Below the pieces are notes generated by a model. It saw nothing but the letters and a program-made list of their open reading frames with translations, was not told where the DNA came from and ran no database searches. This document shows, one piece after another, positions 46,115 through 55,412 of a stretch of DNA of 64,000 nucleotides (within the stretch, counting starts at the first letter, position 1; each line of letters opens with the position of its first letter). Origin of the DNA: an archaeon (lineage in GTDB: Archaea > Nanobdellota > Nanobdellia > Woesearchaeales > GW2011-AR9); NCBI GenBank assembly GCA_002688265.1, contig NZCK01000014.1, positions 560 to 64,559 of the forward strand. The letters are read 5' to 3'. The position numbers and the translations under genes were made by a program.

Positions 46115-47056
46115 TTACTCTTTTCCTATTCTCTCAAACACACCACGAAGCTTTGGAGTAGACATCTCAATATGAGTTAAAGGTAATTTTTCTCGAGCTG
46201 CAAATCTTACCATCCCGTCCATTAATGCTGGTAAATTATGTGTTTCTAATTCTAAATGATCTCCTTTGTCAACAATCGAACTTACTGGTAAATTATGTGC
46301 TGATGCTAATAATTTATCATGGTATTTACCTGTTTGCAACCTTAATATCCCATGTTTATGACCAAACTTTCGTTTAATTTCCTCAACTGACCCGTAAGCG
46401 AAAATTTTTTTGTGATGCAGTATTGCAATTTTGTGACATAGATCTTCCATATTATCCAAATCATGCGAAGCTACTACTATAGTTACTCCTTGCCGATTCA
46501 CTGCTCGAATTAATTCAATAATATCTCGACGTAGTAAAGGGTCCAAATCTACTGTTGGTTCGTCCAAAACCAAAATTTTTGGTTTGTGTACCAAACTACA
46601 ACTAATATCTAATCGCTTTTGCATTCCTCCACTAAGAGATTCTGCTAGCACATTTCGATATTTATGTAGGCCAGTAAATTCTAATAAGCTTCTTGCATTT
46701 GCTCGCAATACTTTTTCTTTTATTTTATACATCCTCCCAAAATGTAGAATGTTTTCCCAAACAGTTAATTTTGGGTAGAACGATGAATGTTGGGGTGTGA
46801 ATCCTACTTTTGCTCGCAAGGCTGAAAGGTGAGAATGTAAGTGATATTTTTTTCCGGTTGCCGGACTGTGAAAATACACCGCTCCTTCTTCTGGTGCCAA
46901 AAATCCTACCAGTAAACTAAGTAATGTTGACTTTCCACTACCAGATCCACCAATGATTCCACAGATATCTCCTTCCTCAATAGCAAAATCAATTCTATCG
47001 AGTACTAAATGTGTTCCAAATTCTTTAGAAACCCCATTAAATTCTATGATTTTCAC
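46115..47056 (-). CDS. ABC transporter ATP-binding protein
   Basis: Walker A GGSGSGKST, signature LSGGMQKR, Walker B ILVLDEPT. Confidence 0.92.
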   Translation of the reverse strand: MKIIEFNGVSKEFGTHLVLDRIDFAIEEGDICGIIGGSGSGKSTLLSLLVGFLAPEEGAVYFHSPATGKKYHLHSHLSALRAKVGFTPQHSSFYPKLTVWENILHFGRMYKIKEKVLRANARSLLEFTGLHKYRNVLAESLSGGMQKRLDISCSLVHKPKILVLDEPTVDLDPLLRRDIIELIRAVNRQGVTIVVASHDLDNMEDLCHKIAILHHKKIFAYGSVEEIKRKFGHKHGILRLQTGKYHDKLLASAHNLPVSSIVDKGDHLELETHNLPALMDGMVRFAAREKLPLTHIEMSTPKLRGVFERIGKE

Positions 47057-47153
47057 CGCAGCCTCCCTCGTTAGAATTATTCTTTAGAGTTATATAAATG
47101 TTTAGCTGAAAACAGTAATGTTAAAAAAATTTCTTGCGTGCATATCTTTTGCT

Positions 47154-48764
47154 TCACTCTTCACTCTCTTCAAGGAGAATTCTAATAATAGCTGCATATG
47201 CTGGCCGAGCAATGAATACTCCTAAAGTAATTCCCACAATTGTTGTAAAAGCAAACCCTTTCAAAAGTCCGGCCCCTGCAAACCAAAGAGGCAACATTCC
47301 AACAGTGGTTGTAAAATAAGCTCCAAATACAATAAACATCGCATTCTTAATTCGCTCCTTTAGTGAACTAGCTTTTTCTCCACGCAAAGTTTCGTCCGTG
47401 ATTATTATTAAATGGTCAACTCCCGTACCTGCTGCAATAATAATTCCAGCAAATGCTGCTAGATCTAAATTCCAAGATACTGCTGCTGCGAATCCTAAAA
47501 TCATTAATATTTCACTTAACATGATCAATGACATTGGTAATGCAACTATTAATTTTCTATAACGAACAGTAATTACTGTAAAAACTGCTAAGATAGCAAC
47601 TAGTGCAACTATCAAAAGATTTTGTAAAAACTCTTCTCCTAAAAGAGCAGAAACTGTGTCCATTTTCACAATTTCTAATTGAACAGGTAAGGATCCTGTG
47701 ATCATGATTGTTTGAAGACGATTCATTTGATTGAGTGTGTCTTCTAGTGCAATTGCTTCAGTTGTTCCTCCTCCTGAACCAGAGATTTGGATTTCTGTCG
47801 TTGCTCTTCCTTGTAAACTAGCGCCAATTCGAAGTCGATCTACTTCCACATCATCAAGATACAATACTAAATCTTCGCTCAAATATTCTTGGGTTCCTTC
47901 ATATTCTATTTCAAGGTCTTGTGTTAAATCTGCTTGACGTTGTGCAGCTTCACTTGTTAATGCAATAGAAAAGAAAAATCTACATGAATGCTGCCCCTCA
48001 CTAACTAATCCACAACCTGCGTTTGGATCAATCCCAGAGCAATCAGCACTTCGACAAACATAAGTTATGTCTTTATCTCCACCAAAAAATACTGTTTCGT
48101 TAGCAATTTTAGCTTCAAATTTTCCTTGTTCTTCCAAAAGCGATCTAACTTCACTTTCAGTAGCTCCAGCGATTTCAATTACAATATATTGTTCTCCTGC
48201 TAAATCTTTAGCTGGAGATATTGAAATATCTGAGAGCCCATAAACGTTCAGTCGCTCATACAAATTTGAAATAGTTAAGTCTAATGTTTCACTGTCAATT
48301 GTTTCAGTTGGTTGTAATAAAACTCTGGTTCCACCTTCTAAATCAAGCCCTTTTTTCAAATTACTATTTGGAATTTCTCCAACTTCAATCCCAAAATCAA
48401 TCACTTCTGAAGTTACATCTTCTTCTGTAACTAAAAGAACATAACTACCAAAGTCTGTTTTTATCGTAACTGTGTCTCCTGTTTGAACAAATTCTAAACT
48501 ATCATAAAAATCATCTATTGAAATTATATCTTCTCCATTGATTTCTTGGATTCTCTCTTGGTTAAGTGGATGAGTTCCAGAAGTTGGACTTGCCATTCCT
48601 GCTATTGCAGCTGAAGAGTTTAATTCTACTGATTCAATATTTATCCCTTCAGCAAACCAATTATTGGGACTCATTGTAAATATTGAAGTTAGAGCCATAA
48701 TCACTACAAAGAGTAATAATAGAACTCTCCAATTCAAGAAAATCTTCTTTATTCTGGATGTCAT
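47154..48764 (-). CDS. secD: protein-export membrane protein SecD
   Basis: N-terminal TM, large extracytoplasmic domain, C-terminal 5-TM block. Upstream of SecF. Confidence 0.85.
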   Translation of the reverse strand: MTSRIKKIFLNWRVLLLLFVVIMALTSIFTMSPNNWFAEGINIESVELNSSAAIAGMASPTSGTHPLNQERIQEINGEDIISIDDFYDSLEFVQTGDTVTIKTDFGSYVLLVTEEDVTSEVIDFGIEVGEIPNSNLKKGLDLEGGTRVLLQPTETIDSETLDLTISNLYERLNVYGLSDISISPAKDLAGEQYIVIEIAGATESEVRSLLEEQGKFEAKIANETVFFGGDKDITYVCRSADCSGIDPNAGCGLVSEGQHSCRFFFSIALTSEAAQRQADLTQDLEIEYEGTQEYLSEDLVLYLDDVEVDRLRIGASLQGRATTEIQISGSGGGTTEAIALEDTLNQMNRLQTIMITGSLPVQLEIVKMDTVSALLGEEFLQNLLIVALVAILAVFTVITVRYRKLIVALPMSLIMLSEILMILGFAAAVSWNLDLAAFAGIIIAAGTGVDHLIIITDETLRGEKASSLKERIKNAMFIVFGAYFTTTVGMLPLWFAGAGLLKGFAFTTIVGITLGVFIARPAYAAIIRILLEESEE

Positions 48765-48787
48765 TTTATTATTTCGGTATTTTGTTT

Positions 48788-49687
48788 CTATTTGTGATGT
48801 TTACTACCTCTTTTGCCCTCCAAAAATAATCGAAGAATTCCTACATTTTGAATCCAAGTCATAATCAAATCTACTATTAATCCTATGAATAATATTAACA
48901 TAATTTGTTTAACGGTATCACTTTCTACCAAGAAAACAGTAATTGTGATCACAACTAGTGTAGTTCCAGTCATTGTTAATCCTGTTTTCATTGCATCATA
49001 AACTCGATGCATAATTGACTTACCTTGTCTTTTCAATAATTTTGTTGTAACTAAAATGTCTGTATCTACAGAATAACCAATTAACATTAATAGTGCTGCA
49101 ATTCCTGCTGTTGATAATTTTTCTCCAGTAAGATTAAATATTGCTATTGTGCAAATGATGTCTGATGCCGCCGCCAAGATTACAGCTAATGATGGTACAG
49201 GTGTCCTAAAATAAATTAGAACCACCAAACCCATTAATAGAAATGCTACAACAAGTGCTAACATTGTTTGTTTGAAAAAACTTTCACCAAGACTTGAACC
49301 AGTAATTTCTACAGAAAAGTCTCCAGAATTCATTCCTGTATTAGTTTCTATGCTAACAAGTAAAGAATCTAACTCATCTCCTTCTTGTAAACTAGATTCC
49401 ACAACAACTGCTGTTGTTTTACCAGCTGAAGATAATGAACGAACTGAAAGTCCAGCGTTAGGATAATCTAAAGATAAACTTGTTTGTAAAGAATCAATTT
49501 CACTTTGAGTCATCGAACTTGCAATTGTGATAGTTGATCCACCTTTCAAGCTAACTCCTTTGTTAACAAAATCGCCTGTTTGGGAATATTGAAATCCTAT
49601 TTGAATTACTGAGAATAATAATAGCAAAAATGGAATTATTAACAGTAATTTGTAATTTTTCTCATAGAATTCTTTTATTTTCTTCAT
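48788..49687 (-). CDS. secF: protein-export membrane protein SecF
   Basis: 299 aa with SecF topology. The C-terminal TM block is homologous to that of SecD. Confidence 0.85.
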   Translation of the reverse strand: MKKIKEFYEKNYKLLLIIPFLLLLFSVIQIGFQYSQTGDFVNKGVSLKGGSTITIASSMTQSEIDSLQTSLSLDYPNAGLSVRSLSSAGKTTAVVVESSLQEGDELDSLLVSIETNTGMNSGDFSVEITGSSLGESFFKQTMLALVVAFLLMGLVVLIYFRTPVPSLAVILAAASDIICTIAIFNLTGEKLSTAGIAALLMLIGYSVDTDILVTTKLLKRQGKSIMHRVYDAMKTGLTMTGTTLVVITITVFLVESDTVKQIMLILFIGLIVDLIMTWIQNVGILRLFLEGKRGSKHHK

Positions 49688-49815
49688 TATACCACTTCTT
49701 GATCCTAAGTTCCATTTAATCTTAGGGTATTCTTAACCTTATATTGGCCAGCACCTTGGTCATTATATAAAGATTGTGGCAACCTATGTTAATATTAAAG
49801 AAATTAAAGAATATT

Positions 49816-50346
49816 TCACTCAACCAGTCCCCAATATAACAAGTAAGGGATTAAAATACCAAAACTAGCCACTAACCCAACTTGCCAATTTGAAAACATA
49901 GAACCACTAACTACTCCTTCCATGATCATCGATAATATACTATGTGCTAAAAAAACACTAGCAAAACTAAATACCACAAATAAACCTAACAAGAATAAGT
50001 GGTGATGTTTTTCAAATTCCGGATTAATATGAATAAAGTAAACTGCAAAAACTCCTAAAACAAAAGCACTGGTTGCATAAGTTCCATAAAATAAAATTGC
50101 TGGTAGCACTGTTTTGAATGGTAACACTATTAGAGAAGTAATAATACTTAAAACAAATACTACTGCAATTACACTAAAAAACAATATATTGCTTGAATGT
50201 TGCATTATTTTCTTCTGAGAATCTAAAACTTTTGTTAAGTGAGAAAATTCTGCTTCGTTAAACTTACCCTTTAGGTGTTTTTTATGTTGTGTGAGTGTCC
50301 TAGATACCATTACCTTAAACCCTTTTAGTAATAAAGAATAAAACAT
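49816..50346 (-). CDS. hypothetical polytopic membrane protein
   Basis: 4-5 hydrophobic helices. 11-nt spacer after MinD. Confidence 0.5.
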   Translation of the reverse strand: MFYSLLLKGFKVMVSRTLTQHKKHLKGKFNEAEFSHLTKVLDSQKKIMQHSSNILFFSVIAVVFVLSIITSLIVLPFKTVLPAILFYGTYATSAFVLGVFAVYFIHINPEFEKHHHLFLLGLFVVFSFASVFLAHSILSMIMEGVVSGSMFSNWQVGLVASFGILIPYLLYWGLVE

Positions 50347-50357
50347 GATATATAAAA

Positions 50358-51080
50358 TTAATCAAAATTCATTAGAACAAAATTACTTAATCGAGAAAAT
50401 TCTTTAGCAGGTTTACTTCGTTTAGAAAAAAATCCCATCGCAGCTAATGGTACGCCTTTATGTTGGGCTTTATGCATTTTACGGTCGTGAGGGATGTTAG
50501 CAATTATTGGAACCCTTAGTAATTCTTTAACTTCTTTTTCAGAAAGTTCATGTTTGCCCTTATGAGTCATATTCAAGACAACGCCAGTGACCACATTTCC
50601 TTTTGATTTAGCAACTTCAAGTGATTTAAGTGCTTCCATTACTGAACTAAGTGTGGGGGTAGTTACAACCAGAACTTCATCTGTATGATTAAGGAGTGTA
50701 GACAATTCTGGTCCCATTCCACTGGGTGCATCTAAAAGAACAATATCATGAGCTCTATCTAGATGTTCCATAACTTTTCCGATCCGAGAAGGGTCTGTTT
50801 TTTGAAATTCAATAAATGAGGAAGATGCTGGAATGTAGGAGAAGCCTAGTTCATGTTCTTTTAAAACTTCATGAATATGTTTTTCTTTTCTTAAAAATTC
50901 ATTTATTGTGCTAGAATGAGATACTTTTCCAAGGTGGTGCCCTAAATTTGCTGTTGCCATATTGGCATCAACTAACACTACTTTTTTCCCTTTTTTTGCT
51001 AAACTATGCCCAAGGTTTACTGTAACACTAGTTTTCCCAACTCCTCCTTTCCCTGAAATCAAAGCCATAAATCGCGTCAT
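50358..51080 (-). CDS. minD: MinD/ParA-family ATPase
   Basis: Deviant Walker A SGKGGVGKTS and Walker B-like VLLDAPSG. Confidence 0.85.
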   Translation of the reverse strand: MTRFMALISGKGGVGKTSVTVNLGHSLAKKGKKVVLVDANMATANLGHHLGKVSHSSTINEFLRKEKHIHEVLKEHELGFSYIPASSSFIEFQKTDPSRIGKVMEHLDRAHDIVLLDAPSGMGPELSTLLNHTDEVLVVTTPTLSSVMEALKSLEVAKSKGNVVTGVVLNMTHKGKHELSEKEVKELLRVPIIANIPHDRKMHKAQHKGVPLAAMGFFSKRSKPAKEFSRLSNFVLMNFD

Positions 51081-51232
51081 TTAGTTAAAGAAGATGATAT
51101 TGAAGAACTTAAACCTTTTGATTCCGAGAACTATGTTATCGCGAACTTTTCAGGCTCCAAGAACTACAATATCACAAAGCTTTTGATTCTTAAGAACATT
51201 TAGAAACCTTTTAATTCAAAATATAATCCTAA

Positions 51233-51727
51233 TCAATACTCTTCTTCTTTTTTCAACCCTAAAAGAATTAAGCTATATTGAAAGAATTGATGAGCATACC
51301 ATTCCATTGCTTCTAAGGTATCAATGTTAATAATTACAGTATTATCTTTGTTAGAATATACTTTTCCTACATGTCTTCGATATTCATTTATTCGATTAAA
51401 ATCATCTCGTTTCAGAAGTTCACGCATGAAGAAATAAAATCCTAAATGTTGTTGAAATTTAGGGTCATCAGAATGAAGTTTTCCTAAATCTTTTGCTCTA
51501 AGTGCTGGACTTTTAGCAATTCTACTAATATTTCCTTTTTCTAAGGCATCTATTAAATATCCTTCTACCATAAAATCATAGAATGAAACTAATCTCACTA
51601 AAGCATTATTTACAACATCTGTAGTTCGGGTATACTTCAAACTAACATATATAATATGTTCGACCCTCTTGAGTTCTTCTCGGCCTTCAAAAATATGTTC
51701 TTCCATTCCAGTTAATGCCCCATGCAA
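51233..51727 (-). CDS. hypothetical helical protein (164 aa), tandem paralog A
   Basis: Predicted all-helical. Shares an LV-x-FY...YL...L-x-K block with 51815-52309. Confidence 0.55.
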   Translation of the reverse strand: MHGALTGMEEHIFEGREELKRVEHIIYVSLKYTRTTDVVNNALVRLVSFYDFMVEGYLIDALEKGNISRIAKSPALRAKDLGKLHSDDPKFQQHLGFYFFMRELLKRDDFNRINEYRRHVGKVYSNKDNTVIINIDTLEAMEWYAHQFFQYSLILLGLKKEEEY

Positions 51728-51814
51728 ATAGATTAATTAACCACCACTCACCACAAAAAGCTAACCAAGCCGATCTTATAATGCCTAATATATGCCTAAT
51801 AATATGCTAATAAA

Positions 51815-52309
51815 TCACAAATTCCTTCCAATTTTCTCTGCTACTTGTAAAATTTGAAGCGCGGAAGATTCACTAATCACTCGGACTTTATAATTCTTTT
51901 CACATATTATATAGTCTTTTTTGCGTGCAAAGTCTGCAGGGCCAGTTTTTTGTGCCTCAAGTAGCTCCTGCAACAGTGATTTTTGAGTGAATAACGTTGT
52001 TAACTCAAAATTTAACCCCATCTGTTTTTTCAAGAATTCTTCTTTAGATAATAATAATCTCTGAAGAATAACTTTATTCACTTCTTGTTTTGGTGCCATT
52101 CCTTCTTTTTTTAGTAATTCAAATAAGTATTTCTCAAATAATTCATAAAATTTTACTAGTAATTGAAACACACTTAAGAATAATTTTTGTTCTTGCACTA
52201 AGGGGTATGTTCTGCGTAATAGGTGTCTTGCATGGTCTAGTGTTTCTTGTAGTTCTTGTTTCAAAGAAAAAATAATATTATCATTTAGCATAGATATAGT
52301 AAATAACAC
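51815..52309 (-). CDS. hypothetical helical protein (164 aa), tandem paralog B
   Basis: Same length and strand as 51233-51727, with weak sequence similarity. Confidence 0.55.
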   Translation of the reverse strand: MLFTISMLNDNIIFSLKQELQETLDHARHLLRRTYPLVQEQKLFLSVFQLLVKFYELFEKYLFELLKKEGMAPKQEVNKVILQRLLLSKEEFLKKQMGLNFELTTLFTQKSLLQELLEAQKTGPADFARKKDYIICEKNYKVRVISESSALQILQVAEKIGRNL

Positions 52310-52351
52310 TACTAGAAAAAGATATAGTAAATAAAGTTCTTTTCTTTATTT

Positions 52352-52696
52352 TTATTCTTCACTGCTCAAATTCATGATCGCTTCAGCTAAATCTCCTTTA
52401 GCCTCAATGATTGCAGCCCGTGCTTCATCTTCAGTTTTACCAGTTTGATCTACAACTGTTTGAACGTCTTCAGAAGAAATTTCTGGCATGCTGTCTAATG
52501 TTTGTTCTATAGGGCTTCCAGTAATCTGATATGTTTCTTGACCCATCATATTTATTTTTGATAGTCCTGGATTTTCAAAAACTAATTCCTTGTCAGTCAA
52601 AGTTATTACAATCTTTAATGCTTTAAGATCTACTTGTTGCATACCCATCTTTTGCATCATTTTTTGCATTTGTCTTGGATTTACTCCTGGAAACAT
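52352..52696 (-). CDS. nac: nascent polypeptide-associated complex protein (NAC)
   Basis: MFPGVNPRQMQKMMQKMGM N-terminus, NAC domain, C-terminal UBA-like EDEARAAIIEAKGDLAEAIMNL. The track start at 52708 is GTG. Confidence 0.88.
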   Translation of the reverse strand: MFPGVNPRQMQKMMQKMGMQQVDLKALKIVITLTDKELVFENPGLSKINMMGQETYQITGSPIEQTLDSMPEISSEDVQTVVDQTGKTEDEARAAIIEAKGDLAEAIMNLSSEE

Positions 52697-52715
52697 TTTA
52701 TTTAACACCCCATGT

Positions 52716-52895
52716 TTATACTGTCCCTAACCATCCATTCAACAAAAAGTTTAAACCAATTATTAATAAAACAACAATTGCACACATAATTATGATCCAA
52801 TGTGGAGACATTTGAAATTTGGTGGTTGATTCTCCTGAGAAACTTGTAAGTCCCCCTTGCCCGCTTGGCATTTGAATTTTGTTATCTTTAGCCAT
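52716..52895 (-). CDS. secG: preprotein translocase subunit Sec61beta/SecG (59 aa, absent from the ORF track)
   Basis: Hand translation gives MAKDNKIQMPSGQGGLTSFSGESTTKFQMSPHWIIIMCAIVVLLIIGLNFLLNGWLGTV. It has the G-L-x-x-F motif plus a single C-terminal TM. 19 nt upstream of NAC. Confidence 0.7.
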   Translation of the reverse strand: MAKDNKIQMPSGQGGLTSFSGESTTKFQMSPHWIIIMCAIVVLLIIGLNFLLNGWLGTV

Positions 52896-53022
52896 AATAG
52901 AAGCTCAACAAAGCTTTCTGTTTATAAAATTTCTTGTGAAAATAGCATGTTCTTTAAATTAACTTGGTGGGACTTCACAAATCAACAGACTTTTATAGGC
53001 AAAATATTTCTTTTTCATTGGG

Positions 53023-53691
53023 ATGGCACCAAGTACACTTATAGATAATTTACTAAATGGGTTCTCTCATATCAGTGCAGCCCCTTTTCAGAATTTAGAA
53101 ATTTGGTGGTATTTGTTTCCTATCCTTGCTCTTTGGATAACTTTAGAATTTTACTTTGGCTTCTACAAAAGTGAAAAAATGGGTTGGAATACTGCCCTTG
53201 GAAACGCTTTCTCATTTGCTTGGGTTAGTATCGAAGGTATGCGTGTTTTGTTTGAAAAAAGTTTAGATCTATTTTTGCTTAGGTTTGGAATTCTTTCACT
53301 TGCAATAGCTTATTCAGTGTTTATTATCTATTTAGTATTCACCCACAAAATCAAAGATAAATATGCTTTTTTAGCAGCTTCACCCTCATTAACTTATTAT
53401 CTCTCAGCTGTTTCTATTCTTTGGATGCACGGATTAATAATTATTGATTTGTGGGTTCTAATAGATTTGATCATTCTCTTTTTTGTAACAATGTTATTGT
53501 TTATGTTAATCAAGAAAATTCTCCCTCAAAAGGCTGAAAGTAACAATAGTGGTAACGATGATTACAAATATGACAAAGTTGGTTTTGATGAAACGAAAAA
53601 AGAATCAATATCTGAAACCGAAAACACCACTAAACCTTCTACTAATAAAGAAAACTCTGATTCACCTTTAGATTTTATGAATTTTAAATAA
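53023..53691 (+). CDS. hypothetical membrane protein
   Basis: About 5 hydrophobic helices and a polar C-terminal tail. Confidence 0.55.
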   Translation: MAPSTLIDNLLNGFSHISAAPFQNLEIWWYLFPILALWITLEFYFGFYKSEKMGWNTALGNAFSFAWVSIEGMRVLFEKSLDLFLLRFGILSLAIAYSVFIIYLVFTHKIKDKYAFLAASPSLTYYLSAVSILWMHGLIIIDLWVLIDLIILFFVTMLLFMLIKKILPQKAESNNSGNDDYKYDKVGFDETKKESISETENTTKPSTNKENSDSPLDFMNFK

Positions 53692-53719
53692 TCTTATTTT
53701 TAGAATTAAAAAATAAAAA

Positions 53720-54066
53720 GCGTAGTTACGCAATAGGCCACCTTCTGTCCAGTCCAAAGCACTTTACATTAAGTAAAATCCCGATAACTGAGAGGAACAT
53801 TCGACTAAGCGTTGTAACAACTTGCATCAGAGCAGATTCGCACGTTCCACCGATCCCTACATCGACGTCAAGAGGTTAAGGTTCTCATTTTGCTCGCGCA
53901 AAACTTCGCATCTATCATTCCATTAAATGTAGGACGTGTCGTTTCTGTGCCAGAGCTAAGTGTCTCCACTTCTTACTAAACGCGAACATCAAGTAAGGCT
54001 CATTTACGATGGGCGGACCTTCCTCAGCAACTTTAAAGTCACCGTCAGTTCCACTAGCGTAACTAC
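53720..54066 (-). ncRNA. rnpB: RNase P RNA
   Basis: The minus strand contains GAGGAAGGUCCGCCC (CR-I/P4 5' strand) and GGACAGAAGGUGGCCUA (CR-V/P4 3' strand). A terminal helix pairs GTAGTTACGC at 53722-53731 with GCGTAACTAC at 54057-54066. The region is a GC-richer island of about 350 nt with no credible ORF. Confidence 0.85.
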
Positions 54067-54099
54067 AAAAAGAAATAGCACTTACTGTTTTATAAAACT

Positions 54100-54849
54100 T
54101 CACACAACTTCTACATTAATTTTTTTCTTCTTCAAATAAGCTAGCATTCCAGCTACATGTCCGGCACCAACTACTGCAAGTATTACTGGTTCTTGAACTA
54201 GAGCATTATCAGAATTAATCTCAGCTTCAGTTTCTCTATGCTTCATTTCCTTATTATGTAAATGTATCAATGCTTTACTCATATACTTATCTCGCTCAGA
54301 AATTAAGGCTTTATACATGCCTGGATATCTTTTTTTTATGTATCCAGTCATCTGCACAATCACATCTTGCGAAGGTACTCCTGAAAGATCAAATGAACCA
54401 ACTCCCATCTCTTGCAACCTTTTTTTACCAACAAATGGTCCACTAATCAAATCCCAGAGCATTCTCATTTTATCACGAAAAGTAAACTGCACTGACAAGG
54501 ATTTCAAAGTCAGTTGGATTGGCCTATCAATTAATGCGATTTTGGATTTTGCTTTATGTGCTTGAACTAATGCTTCTTTCATTTCACTTCCTGGTTCTAC
54601 TCCTACTATTTTTCCTAGGTGTTGTTGTACAAAACGGCCGATTAAAACAAACATGAATCCAAATAATCCTATTTTTGGTAGCATTTGCCAAGGAATTCCT
54701 CGCTTCATATTTTTGGATTGTAAGGCTTGCGCTCTCCCAATATCTAATTCAACTCCTACAATATCAGGATGATTTTCTTTGATTTCTCTTCGAATTGCAG
54801 AAATACTTTTAGAAGAGATATGTGAAGTTCCAAGGATTCTAATAACCAT
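54100..54849 (-). CDS. TraB/GumN-family protein
   Basis: ILGTSHIS N-terminal motif and AVVGAGHVAG near the C-terminus. Confidence 0.7.
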   Translation of the reverse strand: MVIRILGTSHISSKSISAIRREIKENHPDIVGVELDIGRAQALQSKNMKRGIPWQMLPKIGLFGFMFVLIGRFVQQHLGKIVGVEPGSEMKEALVQAHKAKSKIALIDRPIQLTLKSLSVQFTFRDKMRMLWDLISGPFVGKKRLQEMGVGSFDLSGVPSQDVIVQMTGYIKKRYPGMYKALISERDKYMSKALIHLHNKEMKHRETEAEINSDNALVQEPVILAVVGAGHVAGMLAYLKKKKINVEVV

Positions 54850-54984
54850 AAACTAAGCAGTATTCAGCTCAGATTAAGAATCTTTGCTTTAATTAAACAA
54901 ATCTAGCAAATTATTTCTCCTTCCAGAGCACAGAAAACTATTTAAAGCCAAAGGGCCTTTTTAAATGCCAGAGGTGAGGCATCG

Positions 54985-55260
54985 ATGCTAAAGATGAAAA
55001 AAATATCACAAACTTACGATTTAAAGGTCTTTACGGACTCCGGAGAATATTTCGGTGATGTTGAAGACAGTATCATGACTGCAAATAAAGTGTTTGGTTG
55101 GAAAATTAGATCTACAAAAAACTCTTTTTTAAGCAGAGTCTTAGGTAGTGCAAAAGGAGTAATTGTACCACATCAACTTGTAAAAGCGGTTGGAGACATC
55201 TTAATTATTTCAAAAACAGCTGTACCAAGTGGGTCATCTGATGGAGCGACTGGAGAATAA
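54985..55260 (+). CDS. PRC-barrel domain protein (CdpB-like size class)
   Basis: About 90 aa with VFTDSGEYFGDVEDSI...VPHQLVKAVGDILII, the PRC-barrel pattern. Confidence 0.6.
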   Translation: MLKMKKISQTYDLKVFTDSGEYFGDVEDSIMTANKVFGWKIRSTKNSFLSRVLGSAKGVIVPHQLVKAVGDILIISKTAVPSGSSDGATGE

Positions 55261-55412
55261 TAAAAATGAGACTTCAAACGAGTAGAATGTATGAGAAGTT
55301 CTATCAGGATTTTGTAAATTATCAGCTCTCTTGTAATCGCAGTGAAGAACTTATTCGAGTTTTTCCTCCTGCAGCTTAATTTTTTTCTAATTTATTTTTG
55401 AAGGTAATTTTT

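Noticed and set aside
51081-51232. Imperfect direct repeats CTTTTGATTCCGAGAAC and CTTTTGATTCTTAAGAAC upstream of MinD.
   Set aside because: There are only two imperfect copies in a short spacer. A regulatory role is possible but cannot be supported from the sequence alone.
52857-53048. 63-aa plus-strand ORF.
   Set aside because: It overlaps the Sec61beta gene on the opposite strand and the start of 53023-53691. It has no motif.
53915-54103. 62-aa minus-strand ORF.
   Set aside because: It lies within the RNase P RNA island, which carries the conserved P4 strands and a closing helix. It is better explained as non-coding RNA.
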